Part shown: one piece after another, positions 9,139-18,734 of the stretch
Layout of the letters: every line of letters starts with the position of its first letter
Position numbering within the stretch: the stretch's first letter is position 1
DNA from: Bryobacterales bacterium
GTDB lineage: Bacteria > Acidobacteriota > Terriglobia > Bryobacterales > UBA6623
Direction of reading: 5' to 3'
NCBI GenBank assembly: GCA_965226245.1
Contig: CBDDCL010000015.1
Coordinates: forward strand, 3,574,515 to 3,638,514
DNA length: 64,000 nucleotides
Made by a program: the position numbers and the translations under genes
The notes under the pieces: generated by a model
Databases searched by the model: none
Told to the model about the DNA's origin: nothing
The model's input: the letters and a program-made list of their open reading frames with translations, nothing else

Positions 9139-10299
9139 TCACCCACCCCAAGCCCCGCGGCCGGCGTCGAGGAGAACAGCGAGTGTCTGCTCGGCGGCAC
9201 GCTGCCAGGTGCGGCGTTTGGCCTTTTCGAGTCCGCGGGCGACGATCTGCTCGCGGCGGCCCAGGTCTCCAAGCACCGTTTTCATGCCCTCGCGGATCGC
9301 TTCCGTTGAGGCCGGGTCGAAGAACACGGCCGCGCCGTCAGCGATCTCGCGCAGCGGTGGGATGTCGGAGCAAGCCACCGGCAGACCGGCCGCCATCGCT
9401 TCGAGTACGGGAATCCCAAAGCCTTCAAAGGTTGATGGGAAAACCAACGCTTCAGCGAATTTGAACAGTGCTAACAAAACTCGCCGGGGCTGCCATCCCA
9501 GCAAGTGGACGCGCTCGTCGAGGCCTGTGCGGCGCAGATGCCGCTGGACAGCCTTCCAAGATTTTCCCGGCAAACCGGCCACCACGAGATGCTCGATGAA
9601 ACCATGTTCCCCGAGTTGCTGGTAGGCGTCCAATAGCCGCTCCCAGTTTTTGTGCGGGTGGAGGGTGGATACCGCCAGCAAATAGCGCTGGGGTGGAATT
9701 CCGGCCTCGGCGAGCAAGGACTCCTCGTAGAACGGGTTGCTGCTCAGACCCAAGAAGTCAGGTTCAACGCCGTGATGAATGGCCCGGACCTTGGACGCCG
9801 GCACGCCGTAGGCTGTAACGACGTCGCGTTTCGAGGCCTCTGACGGCGTGATGAGCCAGTGAGAATGGCGCACGCCGGACCAGACCATCAGATCCCAGGC
9901 CAGGCGCTCGAGTGCGCCAAAATTGCCGGGCTGCTTCTTGTGCTGCAGGTCATGGATGACGGTGACCTTGCGGGCGCTCGTCAGCAGCGGCGCTGTAAAG
10001 CCCGGGGAAAACATCACGTCGAGACGGCGCGAAAACGCTTGTACGGGAAGCACGGTCTGTTCCCAAAGCAGGCGCGCGGGACGAAAGCGGGCGGGCAGAC
10101 GGGCCACGACCGGCTGGAAATTCCGCGTCCGCGGACACAAGTCCTGGCCCGTCTCTCGATTCGTAAAGATGAAGTATTGGTTGTGCTGGTCAATCGCCGC
10201 CAGCGCGGAAAGCAGATTCCGGATGTAGATTTCGGTGCCTCCGACGCCGCCGGGGATCAGGTAGAGCGCGTTCACGCCGATTTTTAATGGACGGGGCAT
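9139..10299 (-). CDS. Glycosyltransferase family 4
   Basis: IGVNALYLIPGGVGGTEIY, VTVIHDL, HPHKNW, FPSTFEGFGIPVLEAMAAGLPVACSDIP. Likely start MPRPLKIG at 10299 rather than 10461. Confidence 0.92.
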   Translation of the reverse strand: MPRPLKIGVNALYLIPGGVGGTEIYIRNLLSALAAIDQHNQYFIFTNRETGQDLCPRTRNFQPVVARLPARFRPARLLWEQTVLPVQAFSRRLDVMFSPGFTAPLLTSARKVTVIHDLQHKKQPGNFGALERLAWDLMVWSGVRHSHWLITPSEASKRDVVTAYGVPASKVRAIHHGVEPDFLGLSSNPFYEESLLAEAGIPPQRYLLAVSTLHPHKNWERLLDAYQQLGEHGFIEHLVVAGLPGKSWKAVQRHLRRTGLDERVHLLGWQPRRVLLALFKFAEALVFPSTFEGFGIPVLEAMAAGLPVACSDIPPLREIADGAAVFFDPASTEAIREGMKTVLGDLGRREQIVARGLEKAKRRTWQRAAEQTLAVLLDAGRGAWGG

Positions 10300-10358
10300 G
10301 CAGGCCGCGGCGGGGGAACCACCATGATAGCTTTTGCTGTCGCTTCGACTAGCAAACT

Positions 10359-10790
10359 GGACCCCGCCTGCTACAATGAGAACGGTGGGAACAAGCAAGG
10401 TAGCGACAAGCTGATGTGGCGCACGTCTCCAGACGTGCCGTGTCGCCATTCCTGGCGACATGTCTTAGTTTGTCTTAGCTGGCAGTGGCCCCCGGCCCGA
10501 GTCACCGCCAATCCGCCAGCCGAGGCCAGCGACAGGAATACCTCAAATCTGCAAGAAAGCCTGTCGTTTTACTAGGGAACCTGCCACGGTCCCACCGCCG
10601 ACTGCAACCCCGGTCACTGAAAACAAAAACATTATCGGTTGACACCATGACGAGGCGTCGAAAATGGCCCAGATCCTGCCATATTCTGCCATTCTCTGCC
10701 ATTTCCGGACATTTTGTAAAGAAAATTTATACCTCACCCGGCAACCTCTTTGTTTCCACCACTTCGCCAGGGACCGGCCACTGACATCCC
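10359..10790 (+). repeat. Dispersed ~430-bp element, copy 1
   Basis: Colinear with 18271-18693 over its whole length, with identical blocks such as GGACCCCGCCTGCTACAATG, TGTCTTAGTTTGTCTTAGCT, GTCACTGAAAACAAAAACATTATCGGTTGACACC and CAACCTCTTTGTTTCCACCACTTCGCCAG. Confidence 0.9.
10369..10377 (+). promoter_or_regulatory. Extended -10 box TGcTACAAT at the start of repeat copy 1 (same at 18281-18289)
   Basis: TGnTACAAT. The same 9-mer lies just upstream of coaD (63021-63029, minus) and of the 57174 gene (57205-57213, minus). Confidence 0.55.
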
Positions 10791-10989
10791 GGCATGCCGC
10801 TTTGCCCAGCATAATGCAGGTCAAACCGAGCCGCGCACGCCATTCTCTGCCATTTCCGGACATTTTGTAAAGAAAATTTATACCTCACCCGGCAACCTCT
10901 TTGTTTCCACCACTTCGCCAGGGACCGGCCACTGACATCCCGGCATGCCGCTTTGCCCAGCATAATGCAGGTCAAACCGAGCCGCGCAC
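10688..10989. repeat. Exact 151-bp tandem duplication
   Basis: 10688-10838 is repeated at 10839-10989 (GCCATTCTCTGCCATTTCCGGAC...GAGCCGCGCAC). Confidence 0.92.
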
Positions 10990-11001
10990 GTCAGCAAGCG
11001 G
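10979..11001 (+). repeat. REP-like short element
   Basis: GAGCCGCGCACGTCAGCAAGCGG, similar to copies at 14601, 18706 and 27032. Confidence 0.55.
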
Positions 11002-11090
11002 TTGCCGTGGCGCCGGAAAGTAGCTAGGGACCGGCTAGAGAGCCGGTCCCTGCGGCCGGGCCGCGAACGGAGAGATGCTAAGATCCTAGC

Positions 11091-12104
11091 TTGCAAGCCC
11101 CCCGCGCGTCGGTCATCATTCCTACTATTTCAGCGGGCGAAAAGCTGGCTCGTTGTCTTCACTCCTTGCGGAATCAGACTTTCCGGGAGTTCGAGACGAT
11201 CGTCATCGACAATAGCGGGCACGGGGCCGCGGCCGAGATTGCCGCCGCCTCCGGCGCAAAACTCATCGAGAACAAGACCAACGCTGGCTTTGGCCGCGCG
11301 GTGAACCAGGGTATCGAGGCCTCCGAGGGTGAGTTCGTCTGCACGCTCAATGACGACGCTTACCCGGCGCCTGAGTGGCTGGGGAGTTTGGTCAGCACTT
11401 GCGAGAACCAGGAGCGTACCGGAATGTGCGCCTCGCAAATTCTTCTGAGGGATCAGCCGGGGCGGCTCGATTCCACGGGACTTGACATCTATGGCGACGG
11501 GACGACGAAGCAGCGCGGGCGCCGCCGGCCCGGAGATCCCTCCGGCGAACCGAGCGAGGCCTTGATCCCGAGTGGCTGCGCGGCTCTTTACCGGCGCTCG
11601 ATGCTGGACCAAATCGGCCTCTTCGACGGCGACTACTTTCTCTATTGCGAGGATACGGATCTCGGCTTGAGGGGCCGCCTGGCGGGCTGGAATTGCCTCT
11701 ATGTCCCGGGGGCCGTGGTCGAGCACGACTATTCGTCCTCGGCCGGACGGGCATCGGCCGATAAAGCTTACTTTGTGGAACGCAATCGCCTCTACACGGT
11801 CATCAAAGTATTCCCTGTTGGCCTATGGCCGCTGGTCCCCTGGTATTCCGCCTGGCGATACGCCGCGCATCTGTGGGCGATGATCCGGGGGCGGGGCCTA
11901 GCCTCTGAATTCGCCGGCGGCGGGGAAAAGTGGTGGCGTCTTGCAATAATAGTATTGTCTGCTCACTGCAGCGTCTTGCCGCAAGGAGCCAGGCTGCTTC
12001 GCAAGCGCCGCGCGATCCAGCGCACGGCGGTCCTCAGCGGGTGGTCTTTCTGGCGGCTCCTGAGGCGGCACTACACTAGGGCGAGCGAGATTGCGGCGCA
12101 GTAG
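11091..12104 (+). CDS. Glycosyltransferase family 2
   Basis: SVIIPT, VIDNSG, NAGFGRAVNQG, LNDDA, FDGDYFLYCEDTDLGLR. Confidence 0.92.
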   Translation: MQAPRASVIIPTISAGEKLARCLHSLRNQTFREFETIVIDNSGHGAAAEIAAASGAKLIENKTNAGFGRAVNQGIEASEGEFVCTLNDDAYPAPEWLGSLVSTCENQERTGMCASQILLRDQPGRLDSTGLDIYGDGTTKQRGRRRPGDPSGEPSEALIPSGCAALYRRSMLDQIGLFDGDYFLYCEDTDLGLRGRLAGWNCLYVPGAVVEHDYSSSAGRASADKAYFVERNRLYTVIKVFPVGLWPLVPWYSAWRYAAHLWAMIRGRGLASEFAGGGEKWWRLAIIVLSAHCSVLPQGARLLRKRRAIQRTAVLSGWSFWRLLRRHYTRASEIAAQ

Positions 12105-12169
12105 ACCACCAAGGCCGTGAGCCGAACCATGGGCGTGGCACGAGCAACGCCCTTGGCAAATCCTCAGCG

Positions 12170-12904
12170 ATGAGCAGTGATACGCCATCTTTGCTGGTAG
12201 TCGTCCCGGCCTACAACGAAGAGGGCGCGGTCGGTGGCGTGATCCGGTCCGTGCGAGAGGTGCTTCCTGGCGTGCGGATCATTGTGATTGACGACGGTTC
12301 CTGGGACGAGACGGCACGTGTCGCGGAGCGCGCGGGGGCTGACGTGTTCCGGCTGCCTCATCATCTCGGACTGGGCGGAGCCGTACAGACGGGCTACCGC
12401 TTTGCTTTCGAGCACGATTACCAGCGAGTGGTGCGGGTTGACGGCGACGGTCAGCACAATCCGGCGGACATCAAGAAACTATTGGAGGCGATGGATCAGG
12501 GCGACTACGACATGGTCAGCGGTTCACGCTTTCTGGCGCCTAACGGTTACCCGACCCGGACAGTGCGCCGCTTCGGCAGTCTCATATTTTCGTGGATTCT
12601 GTACCCGATTCTGGGAAAACGCATAACCGATCCGACATCCGGATTCGTGGCCGTCAACCGCAGAGCCTTGGAGGTATTCAGCGGGAGTTTCCCGCTCGAA
12701 TACCCGGAGATCGAGGCTCTGGTGGTGCTGAAGCGCAAGGCGCTACGATTCAGTGAAGTGCCCACCAAGATGTTTCCGAGGCGCAGCGGGCAATCGACGA
12801 TCAACAGTTGGACGGCGGCCTATTATATGGTTCGCGTGTTGCTCGGCGTCTTCGTGAACGTCATCAAATACGAACGCCGTTACCATACAGGGAAGCGAGG
12901 CTAG
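12170..12904 (+). CDS. Glycosyltransferase family 2 (DPM1-like, possibly polyprenol-phosphate glycosyltransferase)
   Basis: VVVPAYNEEG, VIDDGSWDET, LGLGGAVQTG, VDGDGQH, DPTSGF. Confidence 0.92.
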   Translation: MSSDTPSLLVVVPAYNEEGAVGGVIRSVREVLPGVRIIVIDDGSWDETARVAERAGADVFRLPHHLGLGGAVQTGYRFAFEHDYQRVVRVDGDGQHNPADIKKLLEAMDQGDYDMVSGSRFLAPNGYPTRTVRRFGSLIFSWILYPILGKRITDPTSGFVAVNRRALEVFSGSFPLEYPEIEALVVLKRKALRFSEVPTKMFPRRSGQSTINSWTAAYYMVRVLLGVFVNVIKYERRYHTGKRG

Positions 12905-12907
12905 CGC

Positions 12908-14455
12908 ATGGAGCAAATCCGCGTCGTCACGATTGTCTTTTGCCTGTTGCTGCTGCTTCAGATCGTGCGGTCGGTCCGGCGCGAGCACATCCGGGTAGAG
13001 TACTCGATGGCGTGGTTCGGCGTGGCGGTGTTGCTGTTAAGTCTGTGCCTATCCAAAACAGCTCTGAACTGGCTTTCACGGATATTTGGAATTTACGATT
13101 CCCCCTTGGTTTTGCTGGTTGTCGCCGGGGTGCTGTTCCTGTTTATCTTTTACCGGTCTTCGATTCAAGTTTCCGGTTTGAAGGATCATAATATCGTTTT
13201 GGCTCAAAAGATAGGCCTGCTGGAGTGGGAGCTGAAGCGTCAGGGGGTTCAGCTCGCTCAACTGCGAGAGCAGAAGGGGGGGGAGAGCGTCCAGATTCAT
13301 CGGGAGTGGAGAAACGTGCACATTCTCTATGACGGCACTCCCCTGTTGATGCGCAGCGCGGGGGTCAAGAACTACCACTATTCGCTGCTGAAGAATCTGA
13401 TCCCCAGCATCAGCCCTCACCGGCTTAGTTTGTTTCCCTTCCTGCGGACGCTGGCGCCCAATAGAAACGACCGGTCTAACTACGCCCGGCTGCGTACCTC
13501 GTGGCGGCTTGGAGCCGTGCTGGGCTCCAACTATCTGGGCTTTCCGCTGGCTGACTTCGGCGCCCGCCGGGCGGATTTATTTCACGCAACCCAGCATGTT
13601 TGGAAGCTGCCAGGAGGCAAGTGCTTGACGTCGATGGTGCACGATGCCACGCCGCTCACTTTGCCCGAGTGCCACACGAAGTCGAACATTCGGTACTTTC
13701 AAGCATTTGTCGGCGACACGCTCCACCGTCTGCATCGCATCCTGGTCCCTTCCAATGCGGTGAAAACGTACCTGGTCGAGGAATTGAGAGTTCCCGAAAG
13801 TAAGATCAGCGTTGTGTACCACGGCGTGGAAGAGCGGTTTTTCGAGAGCAGCGCGTCGGCGCATTTCTTGGTCCGCCGAAAATACAATTTACCGGACAAA
13901 TATGTCCTTTTCGTCGGCACGCTTGAACCGCGCAAGAATATTGTGCGGCTCGTTGAGGCCTACTCTTCGATGCCGCGGGGACTGCGCCGGGAACACCCTC
14001 TCGTGCTGGTGGGCAGTTTAGGCTGGAAATCCGGTGAGATCAAACGCGCGCTTGCGAAAGCTCCGGAGGTTGTGGTTCTGGGACACGTGAAGCGCGCTTT
14101 GTTGCCACAGATCTATCACGGCGCTTCGCTTTTTGCGTTTCCTACGTTGTATGAAGGATTCGGATTACCTCTGCTAGAAGCGATGGCCGCCGGATTGCCG
14201 ATTGTTACGTCTAATGCGGGGGCCGCTCCGGAGGTAGCTGGTGACAGTGCAATTCTCGTCGACCCTTTGAGCGTGGCCGAGATCGGCAACGCAATGGAGC
14301 GCATCCTGGGCAATGTGCAAATGTCGAGCGCTTTGGGTGGCGCCGGCCGCCAGCGGGCGCGAGCTTACACCTGGGAAAAGACGGCCGCTCAGACCAAAGC
14401 TTTCTTCGAGACGGCTTTGGGATCGCAGCGGCAGACTTACATCCGTTCGCGATGA
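12908..14455 (+). CDS. DUF2304-like membrane domain fused in frame to a GT4 glycosyltransferase
   Basis: Residues 1-~115 are three hydrophobic segments ending in a LAQKIGLL coiled coil. From GTG 13316: HILYDGTPLL...MVHDA...GTLEPRKN...LYEGFGLPLLEAMAAG. Confidence 0.85.
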   Translation: MEQIRVVTIVFCLLLLLQIVRSVRREHIRVEYSMAWFGVAVLLLSLCLSKTALNWLSRIFGIYDSPLVLLVVAGVLFLFIFYRSSIQVSGLKDHNIVLAQKIGLLEWELKRQGVQLAQLREQKGGESVQIHREWRNVHILYDGTPLLMRSAGVKNYHYSLLKNLIPSISPHRLSLFPFLRTLAPNRNDRSNYARLRTSWRLGAVLGSNYLGFPLADFGARRADLFHATQHVWKLPGGKCLTSMVHDATPLTLPECHTKSNIRYFQAFVGDTLHRLHRILVPSNAVKTYLVEELRVPESKISVVYHGVEERFFESSASAHFLVRRKYNLPDKYVLFVGTLEPRKNIVRLVEAYSSMPRGLRREHPLVLVGSLGWKSGEIKRALAKAPEVVVLGHVKRALLPQIYHGASLFAFPTLYEGFGLPLLEAMAAGLPIVTSNAGAAPEVAGDSAILVDPLSVAEIGNAMERILGNVQMSSALGGAGRQRARAYTWEKTAAQTKAFFETALGSQRQTYIRSR

Positions 14456-14600
14456 GGAGAACTTGGGATCGATCGGTTAGGTTAGGTTTCGGTCACTACC
14501 AGCCCGCGGGCCTGGCCCATGGGCACTCCCTGACGCGGACGAGCCGCCACCAAAGAGGGGATCGTGACCGCTGGCGGATGAGGCGCGTCGAAGCGGCTAA

Positions 14601-14623
14601 CCCCTCCCTCACGGTCGGGGCTC
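14601..14623 (-). repeat. REP-like short element just after the ftsH stop
   Basis: Reverse complement GAGCCCCGACCGTGAGGGAGGGG. Confidence 0.55.
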
Positions 14624-14628
14624 CGAGG

Positions 14629-16554
14629 TTAGGCGGGGGAGGGCTGCTCGCCTTCGGAGAGTCCGGGGACTCCCTTCGGCTGTGGGGTGTCGGGCCGCAG
14701 CACTTCCTGTTGCGGGACCGCGGGCTCCTCACTTTCTTCTGGATGAGTAATTGCATCTAACTCGCCGCCGGCGAGCAATGTCATCACCTCATCGCCTTCG
14801 AGAACTTCCCGTTCCAGAAGAGCCTCGGCGATCTTGACCAGAGCATCCGAGTTCTCGGTGATGACCTTCTTGGCTACGTCGTAGCCTGTTCTGACGAAGC
14901 TTCCCACCTCGGCGTCGATATGAATGGCCGTCGCTTCACTGTAGTCGCGGTGCTGCGCGATTTCGCGGCCGAGGAAGATTTGCTCTTCCTTCTTGCCGAA
15001 CGTCAGCGGTCCCATCGAACTCATGCCCCACTCGCAGACCATTTGGCGAGCCATCTCGGTCGCCTGCTCGATGTCGTTGCCGGCCCCGGTCGTTATGTGA
15101 TCGAGGAACATCTCTTCGGCGATGCGGCCGCCCATGAGGATGGCCAGGCGGGTTCGGAGAAACTCCTTGGTGTAGGTATGCTTGTCGTCCAAAGGCAACT
15201 GCATCGTCACGCCGAGAGCGGATCCTCGCGGAATGATCGTGACCTTGTGCAGCGGATCGGAGTTCGGCAGCAGGCCGGCCACCAGAGCGTGCCCGGCTTC
15301 GTGGTAGGCCGTGTTTTTCTTTTCCTCATCGGTGAGGATCATGGAGCGGCGTTCGGCCCCCATCATGACCTTGTCCTTGGCCAGTTCGAAGTCGTGCATG
15401 GTGACGACCTTGCGGTTCTGGCGAGCGGCGAAGAGGGCTCCTTCGTTGATGAGGTTCGCCAGGTCGGCCCCCGTGAAACCGGGAGTCCCGCGCGCCAGCA
15501 CGTGCAAATCGACATCGGTCGCAAGAGGAACCTTGCGTGTATGGACGCGGAGAATACCCTCGCGTCCCCGCACGTCAGGACGACTCACAATGACACGACG
15601 ATCGAATCGGCCGGGGCGCAGCAGGGCTGGATCGAGCACATCGGGCCGGTTCGTGGCCGCGATGAGGATCACCCCTTCGTTGGCATCAAAGCCGTCCATC
15701 TCAACCAAAAGTTGGTTGAGGGTCTGCTCGCGCTCGTCGTGACCACCGCCCAGTCCGGCGCCCCGATGGCGTCCCACGGCGTCGATCTCATCGATAAAGA
15801 TGATGCATGGCGCGCTTTTCTTGCCTTGCTCGAACAAATCGCGGACCCGGCTGGCGCCGACGCCCACGAACATTTCGACAAAGTCGGAACCTGAAATCGA
15901 AAAGAACGGGACGCTCGCCTCACCGGCGATTGCCCTGGCCAGAAGAGTTTTTCCTGTTCCGGGGGGGCCGACCAGGAGCACTCCTTTCGGTATCCGGCCT
16001 CCGAGTTCCTGAAACTTTTGGGGCTCACGCAGGAACTCGATGATCTCCTGCAGCTCTTCTTTGGCCTCTTCGACCCCGGCGACGTCCTTGAAAGTGATTT
16101 TCTTCTGCTGGCTCGTCAGCAGCCGCGCACGGCTCTTGCCGAAGCTGAGAGCCTTATTGCCGCCGGCTTGCATTTGCCGCATCATGAAGATCCAGAATCC
16201 GAACAAAAGGATGAACGGCGAAGCATTGATCAGAAAGCTCAGCCAAGTCGGCGTGCTGGATTCCTTGACCTCAATGATCACGCCGCTATCTTGCAGAACG
16301 TCAATGATGCCTGGATAATCGGACGGCAGCACCGTGCGCAGGGTATCACCGCTACCCTTGAGTTTTCCGGTGACCTGGTTCCCGTTGCTGATCGTGACGG
16401 ATTCGACGCTCCCCGCTTTGACCTCTTTATAGAATTCCGTGTAGGTGAGGTGCTTTTCACCGGCAGCGTTGCCTGTCTGGACAACCCGCCAGAGCAGGAC
16501 CGCCGTGCAAAGCATCACGACCCAAAAGACCGCTGTTTTCACTGTGGAGTTCAC
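14629..16554 (-). CDS. ftsH: ATP-dependent zinc metalloprotease FtsH
   Basis: Two TM segments, GPPGTGKT Walker A, IIFIDEID Walker [27 protein letters not shown] zinc motif. Confidence 0.98.
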   Translation of the reverse strand: MNSTVKTAVFWVVMLCTAVLLWRVVQTGNAAGEKHLTYTEFYKEVKAGSVESVTISNGNQVTGKLKGSGDTLRTVLPSDYPGIIDVLQDSGVIIEVKESSTPTWLSFLINASPFILLFGFWIFMMRQMQAGGNKALSFGKSRARLLTSQQKKITFKDVAGVEEAKEELQEIIEFLREPQKFQELGGRIPKGVLLVGPPGTGKTLLARAIAGEASVPFFSISGSDFVEMFVGVGASRVRDLFEQGKKSAPCIIFIDEIDAVGRHRGAGLGGGHDEREQTLNQLLVEMDGFDANEGVILIAATNRPDVLDPALLRPGRFDRRVIVSRPDVRGREGILRVHTRKVPLATDVDLHVLARGTPGFTGADLANLINEGALFAARQNRKVVTMHDFELAKDKVMMGAERRSMILTDEEKKNTAYHEAGHALVAGLLPNSDPLHKVTIIPRGSALGVTMQLPLDDKHTYTKEFLRTRLAILMGGRIAEEMFLDHITTGAGNDIEQATEMARQMVCEWGMSSMGPLTFGKKEEQIFLGREIAQHRDYSEATAIHIDAEVGSFVRTGYDVAKKVITENSDALVKIAEALLEREVLEGDEVMTLLAGGELDAITHPEESEEPAVPQQEVLRPDTPQPKGVPGLSEGEQPSPA

Positions 16555-16656
16555 AGGCTTGACTCCTCCGCTACCCCCATCTTGAAATACGCAGCTAAAG
16601 CGGGAGGTCTACTTGTATAGACGCGTCCTGGCATGAATTCGATTCCACCAAACTGG

Positions 16657-18087
16657 TCAGGCACTTTCGATCTCCGCAACCTCTAGTACAACCCGGCTGC
16701 CTTCGTCGGCGGCGTAGGCCGCCGCGGCGCCGAAATCGCGAACCCAAACGATCTGATCGGACGCCCCGTTGAGCGCCTTGTCGCCGACGGTTCCAACAAT
16801 CACGGGCCAGCCGCCGCGCTGCCACATCGCGACCTTGCTTTCCTGGAACAAGGACTTGATCTTTTTTGACCCTGTTCGACCCTGCGGCTGGTAGCAGTCT
16901 CCCGGCCGCCAGTTCCGTATTCGCAGCGGCTTCGGGACCTTATCCCAGTCGAGTACACTTCGACGCTTCCTATTATAGCCCTGCCGGGGCTTGAGGTTCT
17001 CTCGGTTATATAACTTGAGTGTAACTAAGGTTGCACCCCAAGGTCCGGCGAAAGATCCCGGAGGATCAATGAGGAAGCTGTAGTCTCCGGCGGTAGTTTC
17101 GACCCCAGGAGAGGTTCTGGCCAGCAGAATTTCATTGAACGAACGGGAGACACGCAGTCCAGGAAGGTCGGTCTGTCCGCTGCCCGCAGCCCCGGAGGCT
17201 AGCCTTAGAATCGACTCGACGTGCTCGAATCCGATGCCGCGCAAGTCACCGCGAGCCCTTTCGATGGCTTGCCGCAGGAGTCTGCGGCCGACAGCAAGCG
17301 GGAGAGAACTCAGAGCATCAGTTCGGAGCCGGATTCCTAGCGCGTCCTGTGTGAGGTGCTCGGACGCCAGGCCGGGAAGCATACTATTCCAGTAGTCTTC
17401 CTCGCCCTGCGCCCATTGGGCAAGTTGCCCCAGCAGCCGCGGAAGATTGGGGTTCCACTCGCTCGTGAGCCGCGGCAGGAGCTGATGCCGGATTCGGTTG
17501 CGGTCGCGATCCAGGTCACGGTTGCTCTCATCTTCCCGCCATTTGAAGCCACCGGTTTCTAGATAGGCCAGCACTTGTTGCCGGGTGACCCCGATGAGCG
17601 GGCGGACGATGGCGCCATCTAGCACTGGGCGAATCCCGGCGAGGCCGGCGCTTCCGGAGCCCCGCAGCAACCGCTGCAAAACCGTCTCGGCTTGGTCGGA
17701 AAGCGTATGCCCGACGGCAATTTTGTCAAACCGCCCCTGGCCGGTCAACTGTCTGAAGAACTCATATCGGACGGCGCGGCCGGTTTGTTCGAGATTATCC
17801 CCGCTCGTTGCGGCTTGGCGGGCGATGTCGACCGAGGTCGAAATGAATGGAAGCCCGGCATGGGTGGAGAGCTCAGCGACGAATTGCTGGTCCTGCTCGG
17901 AGGCGCCGCCGCGCAACTGATGGTTGACGTGAACCACTCCCAGCGTGATTCCGAGGCGGTGGCGCAACTCCAGCAAGCAGTGCAGCATGGCCACCGAGTC
18001 AGGACCGCCCGAGACAGCAACGCCCACAGCTTCGCCTGCCTCGAGCATGTGATGCTTGGCGATGGTTTGGGAGACCTGCGGGGTCAC
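16657..18087 (-). CDS. tilS: tRNA(Ile)-lysidine synthetase (start uncertain, 18087 or 18138)
   Basis: VAVSGGPDSVAML, VNHQLRG, AVGHTLSDQAETVL, RPLI, EDESN, RNRIRH, RNWRPGD C-terminal domain. Confidence 0.95.
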   Translation of the reverse strand: MTPQVSQTIAKHHMLEAGEAVGVAVSGGPDSVAMLHCLLELRHRLGITLGVVHVNHQLRGGASEQDQQFVAELSTHAGLPFISTSVDIARQAATSGDNLEQTGRAVRYEFFRQLTGQGRFDKIAVGHTLSDQAETVLQRLLRGSGSAGLAGIRPVLDGAIVRPLIGVTRQQVLAYLETGGFKWREDESNRDLDRDRNRIRHQLLPRLTSEWNPNLPRLLGQLAQWAQGEEDYWNSMLPGLASEHLTQDALGIRLRTDALSSLPLAVGRRLLRQAIERARGDLRGIGFEHVESILRLASGAAGSGQTDLPGLRVSRSFNEILLARTSPGVETTAGDYSFLIDPPGSFAGPWGATLVTLKLYNRENLKPRQGYNRKRRSVLDWDKVPKPLRIRNWRPGDCYQPQGRTGSKKIKSLFQESKVAMWQRGGWPVIVGTVGDKALNGASDQIVWVRDFGAAAAYAADEGSRVVLEVAEIESA

Positions 18088-18270
18088 AGTATCATTATTG
18101 ACTAACCCCAATACTGTCACCCAGGAAGAATATGACACCCAGCCGCGTGAACGCGGCTTTGGCTTCCAGCCTCAAAACCCTGCTTCCGGTAACCGATCAT
18201 CAAAATATTCCCGCGGCCCTGTTTCTTCAAGCACTTAGACTCCATTCGCCCGCGCCGCAAGCCAAAAAAC

Positions 18271-18693
18271 GGACCCCGCCTGCTACAATGCGAATAGTGG
18301 AAAGAAGCTAAGGTGGCGACAAGCTAATGTGGCGCACGTCTCCCGGCGGGCCGCGTCGCCATTCCTGGCGACATGTCTTAGTTTGTCTTAGCTAGCAGTG
18401 GCCGCTGGTCCGAGTCGCCGCCAATCCACCAGCCGCGGCCAGTGACAAGAATACCTCAATCCGCAAGAAAACCCGTCGTTTTGCCAGGGAACCTGCCACG
18501 GTCCCGCCGCTGGCTGCACCCCGAGTCACTGAAAACAAAAACATTATCGGTTGACACCCATGACGAGGCGTCAAAATGGCCCGAAACCCTGCCATTCTGT
18601 GCCATTTTCGGCCATTTTGTAAAAAAAATTTATACCTCAGCCGACAACCTCTTTGTTTCCACCACTTCGCCAGACCGTGGCCGCTGACATCCC
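18271..18693 (+). repeat. Dispersed ~430-bp element, copy 2
   Basis: Colinear with 10359-10790; lies between the tilS start and the fabV stop. Confidence 0.9.
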
Positions 18694-18705
18694 AGCGTCG
18701 CTTGA

Positions 18706-18728
18706 CCCGTCGCTTGCGCTCTGGGCTC
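18706..18728 (-). repeat. REP-like short element just after the fabV stop
   Basis: Reverse complement GAGCCCAGAGCGCAAGCGACGGG. Confidence 0.55.
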
Positions 18729-18734
18729 TGTTGG

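Noticed and set aside
10300-10461. 54-aa N-terminal extension of the GT4 in the ORF track
   Set aside because: It overlaps the 430-bp repeat, and GT4 similarity starts at MPRPLKIG (10299).
10688-10989. Possible CRISPR array (also considered for 26949-27036 and 51704-51755)
   Set aside because: Only two directly adjacent units each, no unique spacers and no cas genes.
11026-11051. Perfect 11-bp hairpin AGGGACCGGCT-agag-AGCCGGTCCCT as a Rho-independent terminator of the repeat transcript
   Set aside because: No U-tract on either side and no equivalent after copy 2.
16554-16657. Absence of hpt between tilS and ftsH
   Set aside because: Gene order here varies widely among bacteria, and there is no scar or remnant.
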